Virus record (IMG/VR): IMGVR_UViG_3300027759_000075
Span: 1 to 64,000 of that record
From: a virus
Length of the DNA: 64,000 nt
Strand: one strand, 5' to 3'
Part shown: piece by piece, positions 50,796-61,021 of the stretch
Layout: every line of letters starts with the position of its first letter
Position numbering within the stretch: the stretch's first letter is position 1
Program-made: the position numbers and the translations under genes
Notes under the pieces: generated by a model
Database searches by the model: none
What the model was told of the DNA's origin: nothing
What the model saw: the letters and a program-made list of their open reading frames with translations, nothing else

Positions 50796-52709
50796 TTAGG
50801 CTGGTTGTTTTGAGTTGTTTATTTCGCGATTGGCCGCTGTAAATCCACCGGCTAAGCGGTTAACAGCCTTGGCCATGCCGGCTCCTGTGGCCATTACCCA
50901 GCCTTCTTGACCCGGATGTTGTAGATCCAATTGATTTAAAATATCCATCTTGATATCGTGTAGCAAGACCCAGGCTGTAAATGCCGCGGCCATGCCATCT
51001 AAATTGCTACGTGGGCTTTGGATATATTCTACAATGTTGTTGAACTTTTTAGGGGTAACGTGTTGTTGGAGCCATGGTCCAAACTGCGCCAATAAATTAT
51101 CAAACCCAGTGCCTACTCTACTATTAATATAGTCTATACATAATCGAGGCAAATCAGTGATTTGTAATGCACGAAGATCTGTAGGATCAAACAGCTGATC
51201 AATTGCAGCACCTTGACTGTTGTACACATCTTTAACTTGCTGTACTAGCTGACGATTTGGTCGTACATTTTCTTTGGCATACACCGGCTCTAATAGCAGT
51301 AGTCCAGGAACCTGTTTAAAATCAACACGGCCAATAGGCTCTTTAGGAGAACCAGGTTCTGCATACCGTGTGTGCATGGCAATACCAACTTTGCTATTGG
51401 TAATACGTTGACCTACATCGCTTGCCACTGGAATTTTATATTCTACAGTGTTGGGTGTAAACACAAAATTACCGGCTTGTTCAGGAGGACGCTGTGTGTA
51501 CAACAGGTCGCCTTGCACATATCCTTTAAAATCTTTAGGAACAGCAGATTCTAACATGGGCCATAATTGAACATACAAAGGCAACAGTGTTTCAACGCGA
51601 GTAGCTGGTCGGCCTTGTGCTTCAGCATCACGATCACGCTGTTCCAAATGTCTTGCCACTTGTCGTGGACTTGTAAACAGACCATTATATCCTCGAGCTG
51701 TAAATCCTGATACATCAGTAAGAACAAATGTTCCCTCTGGATCACGACCAAATACTAGAGCAGGTTTGCCATCCCACTTGACTGTGGTGGTTTTGCCTGT
51801 GTCAGCTGAGGTATGTTTGACAATGTCTAGAGCTTTTTTAATACCTGCACTGCCGCTACGGAACACAAGATCTTCTAAGTGTTCGATGCCTTTGGCACGG
51901 CCGCCTTGAACCTCGGCTTCAACAATGACCTGCATGCCTTGATTCACAATACGATCACGTAGTTTGGCTAAGAAGTTTACATCACTAACCGGTTGATATA
52001 GTTCTGCACTTTCAAGGAATGGCAGGCCTTCGCGTTCCATGTGTTGTTTAAAGTCTGCTAATTTAGCGTCACGGTTGGGATCTGTGCTAAGTGCTTGTAG
52101 AATTGTTTCTACACTGGCCAAGTCTTGACGTGTAGCTGTTTTATTCAATAATAATTTGGCTACAGCATCTGGATTGTCAGTAATAATTTTGTTGGTGGCA
52201 CGATCAGCAATTCCAGCAATTTGATTCAATTTGTAACCCATGCTTTTGGCAACTGAATTCATTAGCACATTGCGCTCACGACCTTTGTACTTTGAATCTG
52301 TGGGCATGGCACCAAGTACAAATTTGCTCCAAGGTATGTTGTTTAAAAACATAAAGTCTGTTTGCACATACCCTAGGTCTGGACGACCGTTGATAGGTGT
52401 TTTAAAATGTACGCCAGCGCCGGTTTGTTTGACCCAGTCTTCGGGTTTTTGTTTTTGGCTGGTTGCCCAGCGTGTTAATTGTGCTATTAATTGTTCTTTG
52501 GTTAATTGTTTGGCGTCAACAGCAATATCCAAATCGCCTGAGGTGTCTTTAATGCCGGTTGATCCCAGGGTGTTGTTTTGTAGGTCAAGTCCTGGCAACA
52601 TTTGCTCAAGCCATGCTAGGGTTGTTTTTACGTCAGTCTGATTAATGCGTTGGGTTAACGCACGGCCGTTGCCGTCTTTGAACACATTACCGCCTTCAAG
52701 TATGTTCAT
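50796..52709 (-). CDS. Pol-beta nucleotidyltransferase fused to RNA-ligase-like (DUF6267-like) domain
   Basis: LGS..GDLD..QTD; KWDG, QGD, EGWV, KAVNR. Confidence 0.7.
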   Translation of the reverse strand: MNILEGGNVFKDGNGRALTQRINQTDVKTTLAWLEQMLPGLDLQNNTLGSTGIKDTSGDLDIAVDAKQLTKEQLIAQLTRWATSQKQKPEDWVKQTGAGVHFKTPINGRPDLGYVQTDFMFLNNIPWSKFVLGAMPTDSKYKGRERNVLMNSVAKSMGYKLNQIAGIADRATNKIITDNPDAVAKLLLNKTATRQDLASVETILQALSTDPNRDAKLADFKQHMEREGLPFLESAELYQPVSDVNFLAKLRDRIVNQGMQVIVEAEVQGGRAKGIEHLEDLVFRSGSAGIKKALDIVKHTSADTGKTTTVKWDGKPALVFGRDPEGTFVLTDVSGFTARGYNGLFTSPRQVARHLEQRDRDAEAQGRPATRVETLLPLYVQLWPMLESAVPKDFKGYVQGDLLYTQRPPEQAGNFVFTPNTVEYKIPVASDVGQRITNSKVGIAMHTRYAEPGSPKEPIGRVDFKQVPGLLLLEPVYAKENVRPNRQLVQQVKDVYNSQGAAIDQLFDPTDLRALQITDLPRLCIDYINSRVGTGFDNLLAQFGPWLQQHVTPKKFNNIVEYIQSPRSNLDGMAAAFTAWVLLHDIKMDILNQLDLQHPGQEGWVMATGAGMAKAVNRLAGGFTAANREINNSKQPA

Positions 52710-53896
52710 TAGAGACCCTGAAAACCCATTAGTAGTAACAATCCATCCGCCGCAGGGTTGCCTGTTGATTTTACTTGTTTAGTGCCAGTTAGTTTTGCCG
52801 CTGTTGCGCCAAGTGCCGGTAGGCCTTTAGCAATTGCTGGATCCAGTTGTTGTTTTAATGTTTGTGCCATTCCTTCTGCATCTTGAGTGCTGCCCTGAGT
52901 ACCACCCGGTGCAATAGTTGACTGACCGGTGGCATTGCCGTTGCCTGCGCCCGGAGCTGATGTTTGTGCCAATCCTGCCTGTTGAACCAATTGTTTAAAT
53001 AATTCTTTTTCGTTGGTCGGTGCAACAGCAGGTGCAGGTGCTGCTGGTGTTGCAGGTGCGGGGGTTGCCGGTGGTTTAGCAGTTGCTGGTGTTGCAGGTG
53101 TAGGTTGACCAGCAACCGGTGCTGGTGCGTTTCTTTGCGCCGATCTTGCTGCCAATCCGCCAACAGGTCGTGCTGTGGGTTTTACAGTAGGGATTGCTTC
53201 TTCAAGATCCGATGTCATTCCTTGTATTCCACCTTTTGGTTTACCATATGCCTTTATTGTATTTTTTCCTTTAGGACTGTTGGCAACACTGGCAGGCATC
53301 TGTCCAGGTTTTGCTGGTGCAGTGGCAGAAGGAACTCTACCAAATGTTGCCGCAGGTTTCTGTCCTTGCACTTGTTGTTGTAGAGCTGTTGCTTGTTGCA
53401 ATGGTGTTTGTTGTGGCTGATTAGGATTGCCTGATTTAGCTACATTAGTTTTACTAATTGGGGCCGTGGCCGCGCCGGCACTTGCGGTATTAGTTTGTGT
53501 TGCAGGCGGTTGTTGTGCAGGTGCCCCACTATTGCTTATTTGTTTGACCAGACTGACAATTTTATCTTTGTTAATAACATTTGGCAAATACATACCACCA
53601 AGTAAATTTTTGTTTACAAATGCTAATAATGCTTGTTCAAGTTGCCCGTTTGCACGGGCATTTGGATTGGTTCTTAGCAACTGTCTTTCATATTTTTTCC
53701 ATATAGGATAGGCCTTATTAAACAGCTCACCAGTTTTACGATCTGCAGATGCATCTTGATAAGCACCTTTAAAATTTGAAACAGCACCGCCTACTTTTTG
53801 AGCGGCTCCCTTGGCTTTGTTTGCAATCCATTCAGAAGGAAGTGTAACTTCTTCTAGTTCAAATTGTTTCTTTTTTGTTAGTTCATGAATTTGCAT
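52709..53896 (-). CDS. Low-complexity putative internal head protein
   Basis: MQIHE start, LEE sites, P/A/Q-rich. Confidence 0.55.
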   Translation of the reverse strand: MQIHELTKKKQFELEEVTLPSEWIANKAKGAAQKVGGAVSNFKGAYQDASADRKTGELFNKAYPIWKKYERQLLRTNPNARANGQLEQALLAFVNKNLLGGMYLPNVINKDKIVSLVKQISNSGAPAQQPPATQTNTASAGAATAPISKTNVAKSGNPNQPQQTPLQQATALQQQVQGQKPAATFGRVPSATAPAKPGQMPASVANSPKGKNTIKAYGKPKGGIQGMTSDLEEAIPTVKPTARPVGGLAARSAQRNAPAPVAGQPTPATPATAKPPATPAPATPAAPAPAVAPTNEKELFKQLVQQAGLAQTSAPGAGNGNATGQSTIAPGGTQGSTQDAEGMAQTLKQQLDPAIAKGLPALGATAAKLTGTKQVKSTGNPAADGLLLLMGFQGL

Positions 53897-54131
53897 CTGT
53901 GCGTCTCACTGTGCGTGTAAATTTGCCTGGGTCACGCTGATTAATAGCGTTGAGTAATTTTCTCTGTAGATTCTGAGCATCTTCTACACTGTAACTGGAG
54001 TCAATCTGCTCTAGCAAGCGTATAGCACTAGATATAATGTTGGTGGCGCGGTTTTCAATAACATGGCGTTGATCACGCTCAACATACATTGAGTCTAATT
54101 CTTCCAATAAACTACGTGTTTTCTTTTGCAT
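53883..54131 (-). CDS. Small head-associated hypothetical protein
   Basis: TRSLLEEL..IE.RA.N.I.SAI.LLE. Confidence 0.55.
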   Translation of the reverse strand: MQKKTRSLLEELDSMYVERDQRHVIENRATNIISSAIRLLEQIDSSYSVEDAQNLQRKLLNAINQRDPGKFTRTVRRTDANS

Positions 54132-54151
54132 TTTAGTCCAGGACCTTTTTA

Positions 54152-54730
54152 TTATTTATTCGGTTTTAAATGGTTTGCCCGGATCTCTATCAATGGAATT
54201 ATGCAAGGATGGGCCATAACCCATGCAATAGTATCAGCAATGTGGGTTAACTCTAACCATGTTTCATGCCCCGGAGCATTATCGTTTAATCCGCCAGCAA
54301 TAATGTGTGTGGTCTTAATATTGTTTAATCCATTTAACTGCAAACTACGGTCTTTTAACGCTCTTTTTTGAATTGAATAGGTGCCATATAGTTTGTCTTT
54401 GGCTTTATTATCGTTTATACCTATGTACTCTGCTGTGCTTCCGATATTAATAATGTGACCATAGATTCCAAGTTTAGCCCACTCCTCGTGTGTTGTCTCT
54501 AATAAAGCTAGTTGACCGTTACCACAGATAAAAGAACTATTAATAAATATGGTGTAGTGAGCAATTTGTTGTCTAAAATGTTGTTCGCTACCTGGATCCC
54601 AAAATCTTAAATCATACCCTGTAGCTCGACTAGCAAACTCCGCAGAAGGAAAACGTTGTTTTACTGCGCTAGCCACTGTCGAATGATATGGATTTCCAGA
54701 ACATAATATATTCATAGTAGTTGACTCCAT
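54152..54730 (-). CDS. Short-chain dehydrogenase-like protein
   Basis: FINSS, IINIGS, YxxxK (YSIQK). Confidence 0.7.
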   Translation of the reverse strand: MESTTMNILCSGNPYHSTVASAVKQRFPSAEFASRATGYDLRFWDPGSEQHFRQQIAHYTIFINSSFICGNGQLALLETTHEEWAKLGIYGHIINIGSTAEYIGINDNKAKDKLYGTYSIQKRALKDRSLQLNGLNNIKTTHIIAGGLNDNAPGHETWLELTHIADTIAWVMAHPCIIPLIEIRANHLKPNK

Positions 54731-55848
54731 TCTGGAAACACACTTTTATAATCAATTTGACGAATTTGGTCAATTTTTTGAATAAGCTCCCAGAACGCCA
54801 AGTGTGGAGTATTGTCGATTTCAATCCCGTCTAACAACTTGTGCAATTGCGGATAGTTTGAGAATCTGTCAGATAAAATTTTCTTTGCAGTAGAATTTAA
54901 GTGCACAATATTAAAATCTCCAATAGCACGTTGAAAAATTAAATTTACAGGATCTCCATATCGATTAGTTAAAAAATTAGATTGGTACCAATCTACTAAT
55001 TCTGTTAGATAATATAAATTTAAATAACTCCAAGTACAATTTATGTTAAACATATGATTATGAGGCATATTTTCTTGATACCATAATAAATTATTAGTTA
55101 CCGATTTCCAATCTGCACCAGTTCGTTGATAATTAAATCTATCGCCTACGTCATCGATGCTAAAATATAATTCAATTAACTGACATTCTCCCCACAAATT
55201 TAATAATTCTTGTGTGGCTTGTTGTGTACCATTGGTATTATAAAATACACGAACATTGTCAAGGCCTTTAACTTTTTTTATTTCTTTAAGTAAATTAATA
55301 TGGTTATTGCTCATCAGCGGCTCGCCGCCACCATGAAAGTGCAAAGTTTTTATATTTTTAAGTAATTTTGAATCAAATGTTTCAAGTTGATTAAATTTTT
55401 CATATTTGAATTGATCGATTGTCTTAAGGGGGTAAAGTTTTTGATAGTCAGATACCCACGCTGTACTGTTGTGTGGGCCACATATAACACATTTTAAATT
55501 GCAAAGATTTCCTACGCTGTAATCTAAACCTTGTGGTGCATTTAAATCAATGTCGGTATCATAATGATAGTTTTCATATAAATTTTGGCTGGCTAAGCGA
55601 CGACTTACTAATCCGTTTTCTTCAGCTTTGTAACAACTAGAACATCCGGGAATAGGAGTATCTGTTTCTACACATCGTTTTAATTCTGCACGTTCTGGGC
55701 CATTCCAGATGCTATCTAAATCAAATACCTCAGACGTTTTAATATATCCTTTAAAGAAACTGCATGGATTATAACCTAATTGACCGTTGTAGGACCATAT
55801 GGCAAGATTTTTATATATTTCATAACAGAAATATTTCTTGTCTTTCAT
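54712..55848 (-). CDS. Radical SAM protein with N-terminal twitch-like domain
   Basis: CNLKCVIC, GGGEP, NTNG. Confidence 0.85.
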   Translation of the reverse strand: MKDKKYFCYEIYKNLAIWSYNGQLGYNPCSFFKGYIKTSEVFDLDSIWNGPERAELKRCVETDTPIPGCSSCYKAEENGLVSRRLASQNLYENYHYDTDIDLNAPQGLDYSVGNLCNLKCVICGPHNSTAWVSDYQKLYPLKTIDQFKYEKFNQLETFDSKLLKNIKTLHFHGGGEPLMSNNHINLLKEIKKVKGLDNVRVFYNTNGTQQATQELLNLWGECQLIELYFSIDDVGDRFNYQRTGADWKSVTNNLLWYQENMPHNHMFNINCTWSYLNLYYLTELVDWYQSNFLTNRYGDPVNLIFQRAIGDFNIVHLNSTAKKILSDRFSNYPQLHKLLDGIEIDNTPHLAFWELIQKIDQIRQIDYKSVFPEWSQLL

Positions 55849-57254
55849 GACTGTTTGATTTGGCCTAGCAATTGTTTTAACTTGGCACTTTGCACATCTG
55901 CTGTAATTTTTACATTGTCTTCGCGCTCAACTGGACTAGCAGGCTCTGTTCCGTTAATCATTGTGCTTTTTGCTTTGATACTATCTAGTAAATTGCCTTT
56001 GGCAAAGGAATTAACAGGGCCGGCTTCCTCGCCTGGGTCAGTGATGCGCATGGTTTCAATGTTATAATCTAAATCAATTTTCATGCCTACACCTGTACTA
56101 CTACGACTCTTCATACATTGTATTTGATACTTGCCACGCTCACGCATGGCACGGCTTGTGAAGATACCAAACACGTTGTCAGCTGTATTGATCTTAGAGA
56201 TACCACCTGAAATATGACTGTGATCAAATTCTACTTCTTCTACAGCACTACGATTCAACTGCGACGCTGTGACAAACAACACATTGAGTTCTTTGGCCAA
56301 GTTGCGCAACTCTTCACTCACATATTTGTCTTTGACAAACAAGTCATTTGGGCTTACTTTGGCGCTGACCGGCATCAACAAATCCAAGTAATCGCACATG
56401 ATAAAATCTACTCGAATGCCTGTCTGTACTTGAACTTCTTTTATGTAACTGCGAATGTCATTGATGTTGCTCTGCGCCGGCAATGCTTTAATACGATACT
56501 GCCCAGCTTTCTTACTTACAAGTTTAACTTTAAGTTCGGTTTGATCAATGTCTTTGCGGATTTCTTTTGTGCTCATCCCGGCCAACATGGCATCAGTTCT
56601 TAGGGCGCACAGTTCTTCACTCAGTTCTAAACTGATATAAACACCACTGAGTCCGGCCTGTAACCAACTCAATGCTATGTTCATCATAACAAGCGATTTA
56701 CCCGAACCAGATCCACCGGCAAAAATGTTAAGTTCGCCACGACTGAATCCACCATACAAGATCTTGTCCATTTGTGGCCATCCTGTTGACACTTGTCCGC
56801 CCGAATTAAAGTATTTGTTGATACGAGCCTGCGGGTCAGCAAAGTAGTCTGTGCCCATGTCCTTGGTCAAACTGATTTGAACTGCATCCTTGATTAGTTT
56901 TTCTACAGGATCATACTCGCCTTTTTCCAACAAGTCGGCTGATTTTAAGATTGCACGTTCTAGTTCTTGTCTGCGAGTAAATCCCTCAAACTCAGTCATA
57001 AACCATTCAAAGTGACCTTCGTTTAGGTCAGGAATGTGATTCAATACCACGCCGGTTGCAGCTCGAATTTGGTCTGTACCCGGTAATGTTTTATATTCAT
57101 TGCTATGTGTGGCAATAAACTCTGCTACTGGTCGTAAACTACGATCAAAATTTTCTGGGTTATAGATGTTCTGCACACGCACATAGCTTTCGGCGTCTTG
57201 CAACATCATTTCTAAAAATAGTTTTTGGACATCAAGCCCGTAGTCTTTTAACAA
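55845..57254 (-). CDS. DnaB/gp41-like replicative helicase
   Basis: GGSGSGKS, SLELSEE, DYLD, ASQLNR. Confidence 0.95.
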   Translation of the reverse strand: MLKDYGLDVQKLFLEMMLQDAESYVRVQNIYNPENFDRSLRPVAEFIATHSNEYKTLPGTDQIRAATGVVLNHIPDLNEGHFEWFMTEFEGFTRRQELERAILKSADLLEKGEYDPVEKLIKDAVQISLTKDMGTDYFADPQARINKYFNSGGQVSTGWPQMDKILYGGFSRGELNIFAGGSGSGKSLVMMNIALSWLQAGLSGVYISLELSEELCALRTDAMLAGMSTKEIRKDIDQTELKVKLVSKKAGQYRIKALPAQSNINDIRSYIKEVQVQTGIRVDFIMCDYLDLLMPVSAKVSPNDLFVKDKYVSEELRNLAKELNVLFVTASQLNRSAVEEVEFDHSHISGGISKINTADNVFGIFTSRAMRERGKYQIQCMKSRSSTGVGMKIDLDYNIETMRITDPGEEAGPVNSFAKGNLLDSIKAKSTMINGTEPASPVEREDNVKITADVQSAKLKQLLGQIKQS

Positions 57255-58203
57255 GTTGTTTCTTCCTTAGTTCTATTTTAATTTTGCTGGTTTCTTTGGC
57301 CTGCATAATAGTTATCAATGCGGCCAATCTACCCAACTGAATTACTGCATCGTTTACATCTTTAATACCTGCGGGCCACTCAGGCATACTTACTGCCCAC
57401 CCTAGTTCTACTGCACGATCCACTAACTTCATACCAGCGGCATCTTGATCTGGCACTACTATAGCTTCACGTCCTAGACTGCGTATTAATCTAACTTGTG
57501 CATCACTAATTTCTGCGTGTAATACTGCTAGGCCGTTGATGCTGAGTGCATCAAACACACCTTCTACTATAATTACTGTTTGCCAGTTGGACTTTTGCAA
57601 ATCTGTGCCAAAAACATAACCCGGTTGTATGTCTTGAATGTACCTGGGCGTACGATCGTCTAAAAATCTTGTGGTGTGACCAACCACTTGATTATCATGT
57701 GTAAATGGAATTACTACTCCAGGACGTGGCATGGTTTTATACAAAAATGGATAATCTAGCGGAATACATCTATTCCGCAGATACTCTTTGGCCTGCTCAT
57801 TAAGTGTTTGTGTATCTGCTGGTAGATCTCTGTCTTCAAATTCAATATTTTGTAATTTATTAATAATCTCTTGGCGCTCTCCAAGTAAACCTTCTATACT
57901 CTTATGTTTAAGGCTTTCAAGATTTATGCGCTCGATTTCTTCTGTGGGTACGTTCAACCACTCTAATAGCTTACGAGCTTTGAATGTTAAATTTCTACCC
58001 AATACAAAACTAGCAGTATAGCCACAATTGAAACACGAATAACTCCAGCCAGAATCTGATATTTTTAGACCGCCACGGCCTCTCTTATCTTGTGTGTCGC
58101 TACGATGTGTGCAACAAACAGCATTTCCAGATAACCAGCCAGAAGATGTTTGCTTAATCTTTCGACCTTGCCTCCAGTAAGTTTCAACTGTCTGATTTAT
58201 CAA
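57232..58203 (-). CDS. DNA primase (gp61-like)
   Basis: Zn finger CC.H..CFNC; TOPRIM VEGVFD, PDQD, KDVND. Confidence 0.9.
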   Translation of the reverse strand: MINQTVETYWRQGRKIKQTSSGWLSGNAVCCTHRSDTQDKRGRGGLKISDSGWSYSCFNCGYTASFVLGRNLTFKARKLLEWLNVPTEEIERINLESLKHKSIEGLLGERQEIINKLQNIEFEDRDLPADTQTLNEQAKEYLRNRCIPLDYPFLYKTMPRPGVVIPFTHDNQVVGHTTRFLDDRTPRYIQDIQPGYVFGTDLQKSNWQTVIIVEGVFDALSINGLAVLHAEISDAQVRLIRSLGREAIVVPDQDAAGMKLVDRAVELGWAVSMPEWPAGIKDVNDAVIQLGRLAALITIMQAKETSKIKIELRKKQLVKRLRA

Positions 58204-58843
58204 TTCTTGTTACTATCCATTTGTTAATGTTTTTTGATGTTCGTATGTTTACTGTGTTAGTATAACACTTTCTATAGGCATTAAACAAGCCCCAATATGA
58301 GATTTTTAGCTCTGTTTGAAACTGTTCGGCAAACCCTTTTAACCCAATATCTGTTTCCCAAACTCTGCCATCTGGTGATTCAATTCTATAGGATCCATTA
58401 TGAGCATCACTTTTGCGTTTTTTGGTTTTTTCTGATTCAGGATTGTCTTTAAATCTTTTTAATTGCCCTTTGCTACAATTCAATGCCCTTTTTTGTTTCC
58501 AGTCGCTCGATGCATTGGCCCAAAATAGTTTAGCCGATTCTGAATCATGCCCCTCACCTCCGCCGGTAATATTATATCCAGTGTGTAATGTTTTATAATA
58601 TTGTATCCAATACTTTTCTTTTGTATTTAGATCTTGAGTTGTCCACTTATTGTTTTGCTCAATAATTTCAAATTTCATATTATCCCAACCGTATTTTCTA
58701 ATTGCAATCAGAATGGGTCTTTTAATGTCAGGGTAATATTTGGCAGCCGATTGATACAATACTGCTTTTTGTTCCAGCGGTAATGTACACTTGCCAACAT
58801 ATTGTTTTCCAGATGGCGAGGTAATCAGATAGATATATTTCAT
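58184..58843 (-). mobile_element. GIY-YIG homing endonuclease
   Basis: YIYLITSPSGKQYVG, AIRKYG, E.YWI, GYN...GG. Confidence 0.88.
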
Positions 58844-58881
58844 ATACCTATTTATGCTAATCCACAATTAAAACAAATTAG

Positions 58882-60030
58882 TTATCGGTACAGTAGATCA
58901 ACCACATAACCGGTACTGATCACTACTGCGGCGCCAGTCTGGGCAGGATTGTTTGGGTATGTACCTACTCCAAATCCGGCATTGGGTAGATACCAGTACC
59001 CACTTCCACCATTGGTCACAGTAATACCAGTGACCACACCTCCTGACACTGCGGCCACTGCTGTGGCTCCGGCACCATCGCCAATGATGTTGATCTTGGG
59101 CGGTGCTAGATATCCTGATCCACCGTTGGTCACTGTGATGCCGGTAACCACACCGTTGGTTGTTGTGGCAAAAGCTATAGCCGGAAAACTGGGTTGATCT
59201 GGTACAGCAAAAATGCTGTTGTTAAAACACATGCGGATTAAGGGATACCAACCCACAATGTTCATGTAGATGGTGCCAGTCTTGTCCAAATAGGTAGTTG
59301 ATTCGGTTACATTGTACCAAAGACTTTCATAGTTTTCGGCGGCCTGTGCTTTGATTGTTCCTGTGTAGCCATCCAAGGTCATTTGTACTGTAGTTACTGC
59401 ATTAACTGGCTCAATAAAACTGCTGAAATATTCTGTGTTTGTAAAACTGTTCCAGTAGTTTCCGCCATTGGGATTACCGGCCCAGTAAGGATTACTAGGA
59501 TTTTGGCTCCAGGCAGTGCCATCAACACTGGCCTGTGCTGTTAATTTAAGCGTGGGTATTGTGAGTGGAGCACTGGGCACATACTGTGGTAACACGCTGT
59601 CCACAATGTTTACAGGAGCACGGGCTCCAGCTTGAGCATTAGTAAACACTGCCTCGACTAGGCCGCCGGGTTGTGTACGTTGTATACTATAGGTGGCTGG
59701 TTGTGCTAGCACTTCCAACATTTCAGCTGTGGTCAATGTGACCTTGGCTCGGCCAGTAGTGGCACTCAAGGTAACCAGCTCCTTTTCAACTAGTATACGG
59801 TCGCCGGCAGTGTTGATTGCACGGAATAGGAACGTACTACCTGTGATATTAACAGGTTTTTCTTGTTGATTAATGAATTCAAACAAAAGCACGTTATCTA
59901 CGCCTTTGTTTATGGTTAGTTGTTTTGCGTACACAGGATCGTACCTATAAGTAAAAGTTTCCCCCGCACCTGTATCCATGAGTAACACTCGCGTGAGCTG
60001 TTGATAGATATAGACCTGGGTAGAGTACAT
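58882..60030 (-). CDS. Baseplate/structural protein
   Basis: BppU-like N-terminus; two GVVTGITVTNGGSGY repeats; TAAATA promoter. Confidence 0.6.
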   Translation of the reverse strand: MYSTQVYIYQQLTRVLLMDTGAGETFTYRYDPVYAKQLTINKGVDNVLLFEFINQQEKPVNITGSTFLFRAINTAGDRILVEKELVTLSATTGRAKVTLTTAEMLEVLAQPATYSIQRTQPGGLVEAVFTNAQAGARAPVNIVDSVLPQYVPSAPLTIPTLKLTAQASVDGTAWSQNPSNPYWAGNPNGGNYWNSFTNTEYFSSFIEPVNAVTTVQMTLDGYTGTIKAQAAENYESLWYNVTESTTYLDKTGTIYMNIVGWYPLIRMCFNNSIFAVPDQPSFPAIAFATTTNGVVTGITVTNGGSGYLAPPKINIIGDGAGATAVAAVSGGVVTGITVTNGGSGYWYLPNAGFGVGTYPNNPAQTGAAVVISTGYVVDLLYR

Positions 60031-60090
60031 ACAGAGTATTTAGCCGGTTTAGAATAGGGTCTCAGAATGGTTTGGTAAATATCCGTAGAT

Positions 60091-60468
60091 ATGAACAATG
60101 ATTTCTTTGAAAAACTAGCGGAAAAATACCCATTTATAACCTTGTGTGTTTATGCCACAACGGAATACGTGGGCATTATACAAAATCAGGACGATGCTAT
60201 AACTACTATCTATGATTTTGGCGCCATACAAGACTTGGAAATCAAGCAACAATTTTTAGAGTTGGCCAATGTTTGGTGGTGGGAAAGTAATCGCAGTGTA
60301 CCTATTAACATATTCCTCAAGCACGATTGGGATCAATTTAAACCTTACCTGCGTACTTTTATTAACAAAGATTTAGAAGTATTGCACGGCCCTGTTTGTA
60401 GTCTTAGCGACATGGGTCGCAAAAAGTCTAAGAGAAAATCAATTACACTTGTTCGACGGATTGACTAA
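60091..60468 (+). CDS. Hypothetical protein
   Basis: WWWESNR.VPINIFL; TAAATA upstream. Confidence 0.65.
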   Translation: MNNDFFEKLAEKYPFITLCVYATTEYVGIIQNQDDAITTIYDFGAIQDLEIKQQFLELANVWWWESNRSVPINIFLKHDWDQFKPYLRTFINKDLEVLHGPVCSLSDMGRKKSKRKSITLVRRID

Positions 60469-61021
60469 GCAGATTCATATGTAACGACACCAAGGCTGCA
60501 TAGCCGATAGCGTGAGCATGTTTGAACACAAATCCGCGGCTGTCATCACCATCCCACACCGATTCAAACACTTTGTTCCAGGCCGTGTTTTGCAGATGCG
60601 CTTTGCCAGGTCTAATAATACTAATAAATGCTGCCATTCTTGGAATAGAATCTGGCTTCATTGTGGCAAGTAAATCTGTATAATTGCCCACGTGTACTAA
60701 CTGCTTTGCCCACTCAGAATCTGTCCATAAACGTGACCAGGCGGGTTCTTGACCCAACATTTGCTCATAGTGCTCTGGGTTTTTTATCAGTTGATAAACA
60801 CTCATGTTTAACAAATCTATTTTAAAATACCCCAGTTGTTCAGCTTGTTCATAATCTATAGCCGCACAAGCATTAACAGGATCATATGGAATATCAGTAA
60901 CGTACACACCACTGTTATGGCGACGTGCTTGGCCTTGATGCAGTTGTCTAGCCGGGATTGCTTGAATTAATTTTAACAGCTGATCTCTATCAGCTAAATC
61001 TAAGTCAATATCTGCGCTCAT
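60443..61021 (-). CDS. Miniature DnaE (Pol III alpha) catalytic-core protein
   Basis: ADIDLD, HNSGVY, KIDLL, IRPGK, FKHAHAIGYA. Confidence 0.8.
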   Translation of the reverse strand: MSADIDLDLADRDQLLKLIQAIPARQLHQGQARRHNSGVYVTDIPYDPVNACAAIDYEQAEQLGYFKIDLLNMSVYQLIKNPEHYEQMLGQEPAWSRLWTDSEWAKQLVHVGNYTDLLATMKPDSIPRMAAFISIIRPGKAHLQNTAWNKVFESVWDGDDSRGFVFKHAHAIGYAALVSLHMNLLSQSVEQV

